DNA of 64,000 bases from Eremomyces bilateralis CBS 781.70. Taxonomy: Eukaryota. The stretch lies in the NCBI GenBank assembly GCA_010015585.1, contig ML975150.1; one strand, 5' to 3'. Made by a program: the position numbers and the translations under genes. The notes beneath the pieces are model-generated. The model searched no databases. It had not been told where the DNA came from and saw nothing but the letters and a program-made list of their open reading frames with translations. Below, piece by piece: positions 36,311 through 48,538 of this stretch (position 1 is the stretch's first letter; every line of letters begins with the position of its first letter).

Positions 36311-37606
36311 TCACGTATCCACTCTTGTAGGAATCTTGACCTGCCCCCTCTTTCGGTCCTCGTGCGGGAATCCGTACCGCCATCCCACCCCAGCGGGACT
36401 CCTCCCGTTCTTCCCGACCGAGTCGACACTGATATCCTTGAACCGGAACTCATGCCTCTTCCCCGGCACGACCGTGACCTGCCTTTTCTCCCGCTCCATC
36501 ATCTTCTGTTTCCTCCGTTCTCGGTCCTGGATCTCCCGCCGCTCCCGCTCGTCGATCAGATTCTGCCGCACGGCCGGTGGAAAATTCCGTTCCCGATGCT
36601 CTTCGATGAGCTGCGGGTGAGGGATCCGGGCGTCGGCAGGGAGGAGATCGGTGTTGAAGGCTCGACCAGCGTCAGCGCGTGTGAAGTCGCGTGACTCAGA
36701 GGTAGGGTAGAAGATTTGTTGGGTGGTATGTGAATGTACGGGTAGGTCGTTGATGTCTTCGTGTGGCTGAGGGTCGTTGGGGATATAAGGGGTGGTCGGG
36801 AGCATATTCAAGACGGCTTGGGCATAAGGTTTCGCGAGAGATTTCCCCTAGTGGCAGGTGTTAGAATGATCCGCTAAGTAGCTTTCAACGAAGTTTTTCT
36901 TTCCGGGTTGCGGTATCAGTGCAAATAATTTGTAACCATGTGGTTGTCTTCAAGACTAATCGAAAATATTGGAGCTCATCATATAAAGGCGGGCAATTGG
37001 GGAAGAAAAAAAGGACGAAGATCAACTCACATCTTTCTGCCAATCCTTTTCTATCTGCTTCATCCTGACCACCGCGCCTACCCTCTCCATCGATACGGAG
37101 AACTCAGCGCTCACCGAGCGCACACTGCTTCCGTTCACCACTACTCGATTGTAAATCTCCTCTCGGAGCTCTTCACTGAGGACTGACTGGCTGCGGAACT
37201 GCGTATTTAGGGGGAACGGCATCAGATCTTCCAGCCTTTCAGGTGGCAGTTGACCATCACTGGTGGCATTTGCCTCCGATCCTTCCTCGCCCTTTCTTGT
37301 GTTCAGTCGAAATAGCTTGCCACTGGGCGAGTACGCGTTCAGGTAATTTGTTGATCCATGTAATGGATCTTTGAACGCGCTTCCAGGACCTTCGAGCCAG
37401 CCATCGGCGAGTGCTTTGAGCGATAGCTCCTCCTCTTCCATGGGTTTGAGCACCTCCCCTTTTTCAGCGGTTGCTTCGAGTTTGCGAAAGTAGTGGGATG
37501 AGCGGGTAGATGTTCGCGAGATTGATAGGCTGGAGAGTTGGGAGCAGGAGGTGAAGCGGGTGAGAGAACTGCTCCCACGCCGAAGCGCGTGTTGTGGAGC
37601 AGCCAT
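36311..37606 (-). CDS. MRPS35: Mitochondrial small ribosomal subunit protein mS45 (Mrps35/Bot1 domain); one intron of about 180 nt (about 36849-37029)
   Basis: R/S-rich presequence, then GPGSAF, PFPLNTQFRSQSVLSEELREEIY, RVGAVVRMKQIEKDW|GKSLAKPYAQAV, SESRDFTRADA and GVGWRYGFPHEDRKRGQVKIP. Confidence 0.9.
36913..36985 (-). ncRNA. Intronic box C/D snoRNA with a 25S rRNA guide
   Basis: Box C ATGATGA (36982-36976), box D CTGA (36919-36916), putative D' TTGA (36953-36950). The segment TTCGATTAGTCTT is antisense to the conserved LSU rRNA sequence AAGACUAAUCGAA. The host intron is several times longer than typical introns here. Confidence 0.82.
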
Positions 37607-39448
37607 ATCAATGGGTGTTGGCTGAAGGTGATGCTATGAATGGAATTGCCTCTCAAATATTGTAGGTTTTCTAACTTTTGCGGAAGAATTGAAGTTTGAT
37701 GAGAATAATACTGTATATTGCGAAAAGTTTGTGTTGCAGTCAAAACCCATCTCATCCACCTTTCAGTTTTCACCAGCTCAGATATGGAAGCCGAGGATTA
37801 ACCGTTCCGTCCCTGGCCTCACGGCTACCACTCAGGGGTACCTGAACGTAGTATGTCGGTTGGGCTGTTGCTTGTTGATGCAGATGGTGGACTAGATACT
37901 GGCAAGTCGGATTCTGCAGGATTTATTACGTGTATCAAGTTTCTATCATATGCATCGTAGCTGCTGCAGATAATACTCTAGAACCCGGAGGACTCCAACC
38001 TCGCCGGAGATATGGCTGTTCTGGGAGTGCAACACGACAATGAAGACCTGCATATGCATCTCAACCGGTTTCGTAGGAGCTATACCATACATTAGATTGT
38101 CTAATGCCATGAGGGCATTTAGATGATGGTGCTCGAGTTGTAACATCATATCACAAAATTGCATCTAAATTCAATCCAGTGTATTCACTCCATGTCATTC
38201 ATTGAATTCGCTAACAAGGAAATAGCCATATGCCAGACCACCAGTCCAATGATGATTTGGGCAGGATCCCAATGTACATTATGCCGTTATGCCCATGCAC
38301 GCAAGGAGACAATGCGCCATCAAAGATCCGGTCCTAGTGAATGAATGGGGAAAACACCTCATATGATCAAGCGCTCCGGGGCCAGGCGTTTTAGAAACCT
38401 GAAGAATCCCCGTAAGCACCCCTAACCTAGGAGACCGTGAAAAAAGTCGATAATGACAGACTCCAGGATGATGTGCACCTCCAAATGAGATGGAAAACCA
38501 TGATGTGTGTACTCTTGCGTTTCATGCCGTCTAACTGTAAGGAAAAAGAAAGGGGAAAACCAGGGACCGTACGGTCCTGGGAAGAGAATCCGAGATCCGA
38601 AGGGTTTAGGGCAACAACCTCATTAGGATCCACCGCAGCGGAAAGTGACCTTGGTGTTGCAAAGAGCATTTCGGGATAGTGGTCGCTGTAGCCCTTCCCG
38701 CCACATCCTCCTGATCACTTGAGGTCGCCGTCCATGCACCTTCAAGATGCTCTTAGGGGAACAGCTTGTGAACGCCAGTGTGCAACTCCGCATACAGCAA
38801 AATGAGACCGAAAAAGAGGGTATTCTAGCGTGTCAACACAAATCCGACATCGGGACATCGAATCGTATCGTGTGAGATCGACCTGCACCCCATTTGAAGA
38901 ACATAAAGACCATAGAAAGGAAGAGAAACGCCATGTTTGGATATGCGTCCCTCATGCTGCGCCATGTGAATGGTCGCTGAACGTAACAGTCCAGCCCAAT
39001 GATGCGCAGCCATGTACTCCCCCTGATGGGGATCTCCTTTGTTTCCTCCTTATGACCCCATAGAAAAGAAAACAACCCAATAAGGCATGCCATGCCCATG
39101 ATTTCCTTCCGAGGGCTCAGAAACACTCCATAGCACCGGCCTCGTTGAAAATGGAAATCGGCAGCAGAGGGAATCTTGTGCGGAAAGGACAGAATGCGGA
39201 AAAGAAGCGGGAAACAAAGCAAATGTGAGATGCCAATTCCTCCAGAAACGACTGACATGAGCCATGCCGAGAAAACCCGTCGCAATGCCGTGGAAACCCC
39301 ACAAGCCAAACAAAACCACCATCTTCCCCGTGTGTATGCTCACGAAGGGCACCATATCAACCTGCTAGTGCACCACGCTCGACTCCATGCAAACAAACCC
39401 CAATCCAAGCACCCGGCTGCTGGTGCCGAAATGATCCATCCCCGTTTT

Positions 39449-41164
39449 TTATCTACCCATCATGTACGCCGAATAATCATTTCCCATACCGTGAAAACCA
39501 TTGCTCCCTGCGCCACCTCCAGGGATTGGCTGCCGCATCGCCCCACCGATCGGCGGGCCGAATGCAGATGCAGATGGGCTGAACATGCCCAACCCCGCGG
39601 AAGAGCTGCCAATTGGACCAGCCAACCCTGGTGGCGCGGCGAGTCCAGGGGGAGGACCACTGGCGGAAGGAAAACCTGGAGGGGCTCCCATATTGCCAAC
39701 GTGGCCGCCTTGAGGAGTGAGTGGGGTGGTCGGGGCGACGTTGGTGTTGTTGTTCTGGATGGAACGAACACCGAGAGGGTTCTTGGAAAAGGAAAGGCGA
39801 ATGCCACCTTTGACACTGTTGTGAAGAGGATGACCGTATAGTTCATTGAGAGCCTTGGTCGCAAACGAGACATCCTCGAACTCGACGAAGCACATCGGTC
39901 CGTTTTGCTTGGTACGGAAGCAGAGACGCTTGTAGCCTCGCTGTTTGGAGAACATGGCTTTCAACTCGTCTTCGGAGGTGTCGATCGGGAGGTTACCAAC
40001 GTACAACGTGTTGCACGGGGGATTCTGGTCGGCCGGATTCACCGGTGGGTAGTTGTGACGTTGGTAGGGTTTCGGGTTGATGTGAAATGGCCCAGTAGCT
40101 CCGATCCCGCTCATGGGAGATTGCAGCGACGTTGGTGAGAGGGCACCGTTGGGGGATTGCATCGGCATTCGTGGCGATGCAAAGCTCGACATCGGCGGCG
40201 ATGGCTCCCGGCTTCCTCGGTTGACATGCTCCACGGTGTTCAGGGACAAGCCGTTGAATCGGGAGATGGGAAGTTGCGGATTCGTTGGACGGCGGGAGGA
40301 AACCGCATGGTTCTCTCCGCTCTTCGCATATGCGACGGGATCTTTGAGAAGCTTCCCCGTCTCTTCATCTTCGACGTTGATCATGGACTTGCTCGACACA
40401 AAGGTGTTCCCGATGGGCGATTGAGGAGAAAACAGGCTCGACAAATGCGGGTTCGGCTCCGGCATGGCAAACGAATCGGATGTCAACCCTTGAACTCCGT
40501 TCGGAGGGGACATCTTCTCCATGGACTGGAACGTATCATTGTATCGGGACGGTTGCCGATTGGCATGCCCGTTCGGTGGGGACATCTGGCCAGAGATGGA
40601 TCCGTGACGGGCGAGCGAGTGATCCACCGTGTTTCGTCGGCCATTAAAGTAGCCGGTGAATTCCTGCTGGAGCACTTCGACCACCATGTTGGCATCGTTC
40701 GAGGTGTTGGCTTTGCCATGCAACCGATCGGTGGCTTCGTTGGCGCCATTGAGCGTGCGGAATCGTGCGACCGCTGACACAAAGCCGTGGTCCTCCGGAA
40801 TGTCCGCGCCGATGAAGTCGACATTGATCAGATCCTTGGCGAAAAGGAGCATGCTCCGCAGGGTTTCGATGGTGGTGCTGCGCGGGAGCCTGCGAAGGAG
40901 GATGGTCGGAGCAAAGTCCGTGTCGGGATTGCTCACCGGATGTTCCAACATGCTGAAGGACAGCAGGCTCCCGCTCTTGTCCCCGACAGCCTTGCGATCA
41001 CCTCCAATGGGAGGCAAACCGTAACCGTGGGAGACTCCCGCTGCTCCAAATCCGTCCGTAAAGGTTTGTTGGGGAGGCGAGTTCGAGGAGGGAAATACGG
41101 GGAGGAAGGAGCCAGTGACGGCCCCATTGGAACTCGTGCTGCTCGGACTTGGCCCACCGGCCAT
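39449..41164 (-). CDS. whi3: Whi3/Scw1-like RNA-binding protein
   Basis: Signature YPPVNPADQNPPCNTLYVGNLP...GYKRLCFRTKQNGPMCFVEFED...KGGIRLSFSKNPLG, plus a degenerate N-terminal RRM (TILLRRLP...AVARF). The first ATG is at 41164; the ORF track starts at a TTG. Confidence 0.93.
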   Translation of the reverse strand: MAGGPSPSSTSSNGAVTGSFLPVFPSSNSPPQQTFTDGFGAAGVSHGYGLPPIGGDRKAVGDKSGSLLSFSMLEHPVSNPDTDFAPTILLRRLPRSTTIETLRSMLLFAKDLINVDFIGADIPEDHGFVSAVARFRTLNGANEATDRLHGKANTSNDANMVVEVLQQEFTGYFNGRRNTVDHSLARHGSISGQMSPPNGHANRQPSRYNDTFQSMEKMSPPNGVQGLTSDSFAMPEPNPHLSSLFSPQSPIGNTFVSSKSMINVEDEETGKLLKDPVAYAKSGENHAVSSRRPTNPQLPISRFNGLSLNTVEHVNRGSREPSPPMSSFASPRMPMQSPNGALSPTSLQSPMSGIGATGPFHINPKPYQRHNYPPVNPADQNPPCNTLYVGNLPIDTSEDELKAMFSKQRGYKRLCFRTKQNGPMCFVEFEDVSFATKALNELYGHPLHNSVKGGIRLSFSKNPLGVRSIQNNNTNVAPTTPLTPQGGHVGNMGAPPGFPSASGPPPGLAAPPGLAGPIGSSSAGLGMFSPSASAFGPPIGGAMRQPIPGGGAGSNGFHGMGNDYSAYMMGR

Positions 41165-44100
41165 GTCGACGATCGTGGGGTCGCCAGGCGACAAACTTAG
41201 AATGGCGGCGGTGGAAAGACGCAGGCGTCGACGGCGAGACCGCTGCGATTATATAGCCAGTCGAAGCGGACGTGCAGCTCTAGCATGCGCGACAACCACG
41301 CCCGAGGTGCCGCGATTGGGATTGGCAAGCGATGTGGTTCGAAATGCAGTCGGGTGGATGCGTGTTCTGCTCGCGATCGACTCGAATTCCCTCGACGGTG
41401 TCGTGGCGGAGCCCGTCGAACATGAAGGATTGAATGGCGATGCGGGATAGGGAGGACGAAGGCGCAATCGGACGGTGAGTTGACAATGGGTACTCGGACT
41501 CGGGGCTGCAAAGCTGGCGTGGGACGGATCAGGTAAGACTTCGGAAAGGAAAAGTTACGGTTGGTGAGAGAGGGTGAAGGTTTCAAATGGGAAGATGACG
41601 GCAATGTCTCAGAAAGTTTCGAGGTGCGACCGAGACGGCACCACCACCAGCAATCGACTCACACGCTACATCAACCCAGGTCCCATATGCAGCATGCGAC
41701 AGCTTCCTTAGAGACCTGCGGGCTGCGAGTTGCGACCTTGCCGCTTGCGCAGGATGAGCGGTTGGCCAGGACAGGGAAACAAGGCTAGGCAACGTTGCCA
41801 ATAGAACTTAGAACTTTAGAAGGGGGAGATCCGGCCGTGCAGGACTCAGCAGGAGGGCATGCGACAGGATCCTCACGGTGATTGGGAGACTTCAAGAACA
41901 AAAGGGCCAGAGGGGTGAGAGGCAATTCCTCTTCAATGTCCAGACCACAGGCAGCGAGGATGCACTGAACCGATGAGTGGAATCCCCAGTAACCCAGGAG
42001 TTGTAGTCAGTACCCACTCTCCAGTAGACCCGATAGTAGCGGAGCTAAGGCAGTAGTGTTGAGGCTTGGAGGGAACTCAAGGATTCTTGGGAATGGTGGA
42101 AGTGATGGAGGAGGGGGGGCCGGGGGCCATGGACTGGGGGTGATTAGGGGATTGGAGGGAGAGTTTACGGCTTGAATCACTTGAATGGCAGGGCTGGGAG
42201 ATGAGTGACGAGTTACGAGGATGGGCAATGGAGAGATGGAGAGGTGGAGGCCGGGAGGGGGGGAGGGGAGCGTGCACTGGGCCACTACTCACTAGTTCAG
42301 TGGAAGCCAATCTGCCCAATGATAAGATAAAGACTGCAGAAGTTCTGAAGTTCTTGCCTGAAATTCTGAGTTCTGGGGAACTGGTTGTCGATAATTCAAT
42401 ATGCCTACATCCGATGGGATGGATTTGGTGGCAAGGACTGGGGATGGTGGAGGGGATAACGATGATGGAACTCGGAGCCTGATGGCTATGCTGTGGTAAG
42501 TACCTGTCCTCTAACAGATTACAGAACTGAATGGATCGTTCGAGGTGAGGCAGTGCGCCAAAGTCCAAAACACAGGAACCGAACAATGAGAGTAGCCATG
42601 CTCCATTATCGTAAGTACAGGTATTCACCAAGTACCGTACAGTGTACACACCACATACGGTCGTCTACCTGAATCATAGGGCAGGCAATGGATAATTAAG
42701 ACAAGCGGAATATCACTGTATCGACTTTGTTTGCCCGAGAACAATGAAGACTGGGCATTCCTTGCAGAAAGCTCGCATGCAGATATCAACACATCGTATG
42801 TCTCATATGCGTATCATGCCGGGCATCACCCTGCGGTAGTAGGTGGCAACACGACGAGTCCAATATCACACATCGTCGTTCCAAAGTCGCAACAATTGGT
42901 ACTTGAGGTACTTACCTACCAACCTCGAATCAAGGCACGATCATCTTTCACATGTATGGGAGTAGACATTAAACTCCGTTTCAAAATTCTAGAATTCTAT
43001 GCTTCCAACTCTTTCGCAGTGGCATTCGATTCGCGCTAATATCACGCCTTCGAGTCGGGTTTAGGGCAAGTTGACTTATCACGATTTTCCTGTCCTCCCG
43101 CCTCGCATGCGCCGGCGCATAGGGAGAGGCCAGATAATGGTATGTAATAGTGATGTGCTACAGAGTCAGGAAGAGTCCAGATGCACGCCCCCGAGCCCCT
43201 CCAGTTCGCTCTCAGCCTCAAGGATGAAGGGCTACTCTCTGGCGGAGTCTCCAAGTTCTCTCCACTTCATTTCGTCAGCAGTCAGTGAAGTCTCGAGGAA
43301 TAGCAATAAATATTACCTTGCCGGTTCTCCGTACTTACCGATCAGTGTCATAAATACCTTCCCAGGGATCCAAGGGTGAGAGAGCAGAATTGCAACGAAA
43401 GCCACGTCAGCAAGGATGCGAATTACCTGGCACTCGACCCTTCGTTCCGTGTCTTCTTGTCCTGATACCATTTCAAGATGGACTTGCACATCGCCCCTCC
43501 AGCTCGTGTGCGACGCACACCATCCTTCCGACATAGCCTTCTGCCTTTGAGTGTTTGCGTAATGTTGCCCTCCATAAGCGACGTCTGGATCCCCATGATG
43601 ATAGGATATAATATTTTCTCAACAATTGGTCGTCATGAGGACTCCTTTTTGCATAGCCTCAGATTGAAAGGCTGAAGCACGGAAATGAGTCCAGAGTCCT
43701 CAAGTTCAACCAACAAATCCTCCTCTCGATAGTGGTACCAGCCTTCCGGGTTATCGTCTCGCTTGAAGACCATCATCGTACAGGATGTCAATCCCCGAAA
43801 CACCCTGGATACCCCCTCCGATGGCGTATGATTTACGAACGATCGGAGCGGAGGCCAAATCTGCCGTCTCGAGTCAAATATGTGGTGTAGGTTCCACAAC
43901 AGGGTGGGATAGGCCGGAAAGCCCCATTTTCGTTGAGGGAGGGGAAGAATGTCATCTGTGAATCCATCCGCCCCTCCATGGCAGGATTTGAGGATAGATG
44001 TTCCCAGCCCATTTCCAGCGCTACGGCTCCACGTTGAGCGCCAGGTTGGCCTACAGCGAATGAGAGCCGCGAGTCGGTCTTGGTTTGATAACGGTTTCTT

Positions 44101-44613
44101 TCGTGGCTTGGTCGCCTCTGTCGCATGTTCTTGTTCTGCCCCCTCCACCACATCGATACCAGGAATTCTTCCCGCCCGTGCCAATCACGTTGTCAACAGG
44201 CACTGCGACACAATGTGAGCATTCGGCATTTCATCCAAAGGCATGTGGTGAAGAGGAGAATGAGAACTGAGATTTGCCAAAAGTCCTCGAGGCTGATAGT
44301 TGCACGGCCTTTCAAAACCCTTGGACTCGGCATATCCGCATGCACCCGCTATGCGGCTATCAACATTTATCCCCCGAGAACACCGAATGGTAGCCATGAC
44401 ACTGGGCGAAGTCCTGTCGAATGGAATCGCACTCGGCATTGCCGTGCCACAGATGCTGCGGAAAATGTCCATGTAGGATCATGAATCTGAAGGACGAGCT
44501 CGGGAAGTGTGGCGTTGTGCAAAGAAACTCTCTCAGACATCGTCCTCGCTATTAATCTTGGTCGGCATGGCTGCTTACGATGCCAATGATATCATGGAGA
44601 ACCTGCTCAAATG

Positions 44614-44648
44614 CCGCTTGCGAAACGACCGCTTGCGAAACGACCGCT
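44614..44648. repeat. 15-bp tandem duplication (CCGCTTGCGAAACGA, about 2.3 copies)
   Basis: Read directly from the sequence. Confidence 0.85.
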
Positions 44649-47600
44649 GGCGGCCTGATTGACACAGGTGGATTATCGTGATTCTCAGCACCACCGTCTT
44701 ACCTATTGAGGATGTTGCAAAGGGTCGGGGAAGTTGCCCGATAACTTGCGCGACGCGAAACCTGCGATTTGAGATGTACGGCATATTTTCTGGCAGCCTG
44801 GCACCTCAACCTTGTTGGCGAGAGTCGAGGCTCGAAAGTCGTAACCAATGGGACGTCGCTGTCATACCCTCTACAGCTGTCACCTTGCCCGCGGAAGGAT
44901 TTCATTCCTGGGGATATTGACATCCTTTCCAACGTCGGGACATATATCTGCCTTTGGACCAATCCGCAGAAGCCCTTCTTGCAGCGGATTTGACTGGATG
45001 AGGGGGGGTTCATTTGATCTCTATTCACACCACTCAGGAAGTCCACATCCTCTCGGACCTTCGCGAAACGCAGAGACTGAACTGCCGTTGGGCACAATTC
45101 ATCCGAATGGTTGCCACGTGGAACCATCCAGCGATTCTTCTCTGGACTCCTATCCTCGAACGCTGCACCTTTTCGTTCCTTAAATCGATGCTTCTAACCG
45201 CCTCAGGAAGTATCCCGAATCCCGCGATGTTTCTCAAAAGGATGGGTGCAGACACGGCTCATAGGCTGATCGAGCACAACACTTTACACCACCAGTCTAG
45301 ACTCTGGACCTCACATCAGATGAGAAGGAATATGGAACGATCGGTGAGACGACAGGATAGAGCCGGAACCAATCAAGTTGTACAAATGTATCTTGCCATT
45401 TTCGTACATAGGCACCAGGAGATGCCTCCGAGTCCTCGGACTTGTGCTTGTGCTCCTGATATCGACCCAGGGTGTGCGTTGCTGTGGGCTACCTTTTCGT
45501 TCATATAGGGCAGTCTTCAGTGCATGACTTCCTAACCAGTTATCCTATCAAACACTGAACTCTTTTAATGTCGAGTTTGTTTCAGTCAGGGACATGAAAG
45601 CGTGCCCGTCCGATTGGCTGCGGATGGCTGCTCTGATCGGCCAGGCAACAAGACCGCAATTCTGTGGCATTTTTTCTGAACTCCTTTCGGGCCAAATTTA
45701 GGATGAGCACTTATGGTCGAAGATTTATGAAAGTCTCGAAATAAGCGCTAATGATGCAAGCGATTCTAGTGATTACCAGGGTTTCCTCAACGAAAGGATT
45801 CGAATCGACGATGCCGACAAGTGATCAACGGTTTTAACTTTTAACCATCGAAGTTCGATGGAGAGTGGAGCACTGAGCACCATCTCAGGCTCTCAGCTCC
45901 AAAACATTGTTGTGAGTTATTTATATCTAACTAGACTGTTTCTTCCTTGTCCTTATTAGTTGTCGGTTATTCACGCTACAATTAACCAGTCAAGCTTGAA
46001 ATCTTGCATTGGAATAGAACCCGTCGTCTTGCGCTGTTTCCGGAGTCTCTCAAGTCATTCTCATTCTCCAACTTGGACAAGCAAAAGGTCAAAGGAGGCG
46101 AAGTCGGCGTATAAGTTGGTCATCAGCTCTCACCAGTCACCAGCAAAGATCATGAGCGATATATCTGTCTGCTCAGCTGTCAAGTGTCAGTTAGCCCACT
46201 CCATTCACCCTCTGGCGCCTGGCGGAGTCTGGCGTCGGTATACCTACCAAAGTTACTTCACGATCATCCACCAAACCACTGGCGGCCAACCTTATTCCTG
46301 GAATGGGTCTGCAAATGCCAACTTGCCAAGGTCCTGTTCCTGCGTCAACCTCATCGTCGATCCAATCCCATTCATCGCTCCGACTCTAAACTCCATTTGT
46401 ATCCCGCACCCTCGCTTAAGTCTACAATTATGGCGTCGGAGTACCCGATCAACGGATTCCCCATCCGTTCGCCATCGCAAATCCTGAAATCCAAGCCCAA
46501 GATAAGCGAACCCAACGATGCTTAGCTGTCAATCCGCAGTGTTTCTTCGATGTCGGCTGATGTAATTGGTGGTGCGTGGCGGAATACGAGGCAACCCGAT
46601 TCGGAGCTGTGTGTCCTGGAGGTGTGAATGATGGGCCAGATCTCCCCAATCAGGGCTCGATTTCAGGGGTTTGGATGTGATGGCCGAATTTTATTCCCTG
46701 TCACGCCTGTCAAGCGTCGAAATCCTATTGTTGGATACACCATTTAGGAATCGCTGTCATATTTTTAAGTGTCGAGGAACATAATCTGCATTGAATTATT
46801 GCAACGTTGACGAGCAATTTACAGTAACAAAGAGTCAATGAATTCATTCCGTACAGTAGAGCAAGGGGTACAGCAGCATTCTATCCGATTGAATCAGTGA
46901 CGACCAGACTGGTGTTCCCTGGGTTTACAACTTCCTGTTTTTGGTCGCCGCTCTTTGTTATGGTCCCAGGCCTGCGGCCAGTTCCCTTGGTTGTGGCTGA
47001 AGACGTGGCTGGTGGATTATATCAGAGAAGCAAACAAACATGGTAACACAGCAGTAGGGCATTGGAGAGGAGAGTCGCTATCTCGCGCACAAAGGTGCCG
47101 GGAGATTTCTTCTCTCTCTCTCTCTCTTCAGTTTAGATTAATGGAACTTGGTAATCGCAGACCTTGCGCATCCAGACCGTGTCAGCTCTCACGATTATTT
47201 CTATCTGTAATTCCTCCCTCTCTTTCTAGTGTCTATATTACACGACTCACGCTGACTCACTTTCATAAGGTTCGGGAGCTTCGGGTAGTGTACAGCTGAC
47301 TTTCTCTGTATTGACGCCCTAGTCAAGGGAGTTGAAGTCCTTGGTTCAACGATTTACAATCCAGACCTCCAAAGACATTCCTATCATTCGGTTCTTGTAC
47401 CTATCGCTACGATCGTGTCCTGTCTCCTTCTATGTAATATCTCATATCATATTAGTGATTATGTAGTCGCTTTCTCCGGGCTATCACTAGCGGGGGCGGC
47501 CCGCACGTGCAAACACTGGACTAACCATCTTTCTGTCAAGTGTCAACCGTCATGGCTTCGGATTTTCAGAAGTTCGGAGTTTAGATACCGTATCCCTGGT

Positions 47601-47916
47601 AAGCGGTAATTCTCCGCATTAAGCACAGCCTCGCGCTTCCCAAATGTCGGTTAACCTGTAATTATCTTCGGTATTAGAGGACCATTTCCTCGTTTCTGCT
47701 ACCATTACCGAGATCGTCACTTCGGGACCGGCATAACGTGGCCTTTAAAAAGTCGTCCGGTTCCTTCTAATGTTCGAATCGCTGACACAGCCTCACATTT
47801 GCGTTTCATAGTCCTCTCTCCATTCCGACAATCTCGATTTCCTAAAACACGTGTCTACGGCACTCCTTTCATATTGTTTTTATTGCTAGGAAGTATTTTC
47901 TGAACTGATCATCGCC

Positions 47917-48417
47917 ATGGCCAGCTATCTCAACTACGTCACCTCCAATTACTCCCTTTCCCTCCTCTCTATCCCTGCCTATCACGTCCTCGCGCTTCTC
48001 CCCCATTTCTACTCCTTCCACCTCGGAACCCAAGGCGATTCCTCCAAATGGCGCAACGCCAACAGCCGTGGTCAAACACACGCGAAGGAGATCCAAACCC
48101 GTCTCTCGCCCGCGCAATACAACCGTTTTGAGCGTGCCCGCGCCGCCCACGCCAATGCCATGGAGAACCTGCCGCTGTTCGTCGCGGCCGTACTGGCAAG
48201 CAAATTCGTCGCCATCGCGAAGGGGGAGTCTGTCGGGGAAAGCCTGGGGACGGATGCGCTCGCTGTGCGATTGCTGCTGGCGAGGGCAGTGTACACGGCC
48301 ATGTATCTGTTCGTAAAGGATGACCGCGTGGCGGGGCTGAGGACGCTGGTGTGGTTGTATGGGGTACAACAGTGCTGGAAGTCGATCATCGGCGCCGCAT
48401 GGGCTCTGGCGCACTGA
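47917..48417 (+). CDS. MAPEG-family small membrane protein
   Basis: 166 aa with NYSLLSIPAY-like N-terminus, RARAAHANAMENLPLFVAAVLA, and LARAVYTAMY...LRTLVW. Confidence 0.85.
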   Translation: MASYLNYVTSNYSLSLLSIPAYHVLALLPHFYSFHLGTQGDSSKWRNANSRGQTHAKEIQTRLSPAQYNRFERARAAHANAMENLPLFVAAVLASKFVAIAKGESVGESLGTDALAVRLLLARAVYTAMYLFVKDDRVAGLRTLVWLYGVQQCWKSIIGAAWALAH

Positions 48418-48538
48418 TCGGCGAGCATGGGAGACGGCATATAGGTCAAGGTTACGTTGCATAGCACCGCAAAGCAGAAAATATATTTGTAGTTTGATAT
48501 TCCGATTGTTCCTATTATGACAACTAGGTTTGAATCGG

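Noticed and set aside
39176..41200. Long plus-strand ORFs (221 aa, 206 aa) overlapping whi3; similar antisense ORFs over gnd1, UTP18, ARE2, THS1 and the hydrolase
   Set aside because: Expected antisense shadows of GC-rich coding sequence, with no motifs.
43594..43675. ATGATGA...CTGA spaced about 80 nt apart as a second C/D snoRNA
   Set aside because: No terminal stem and no recognisable rRNA or snRNA antisense element.
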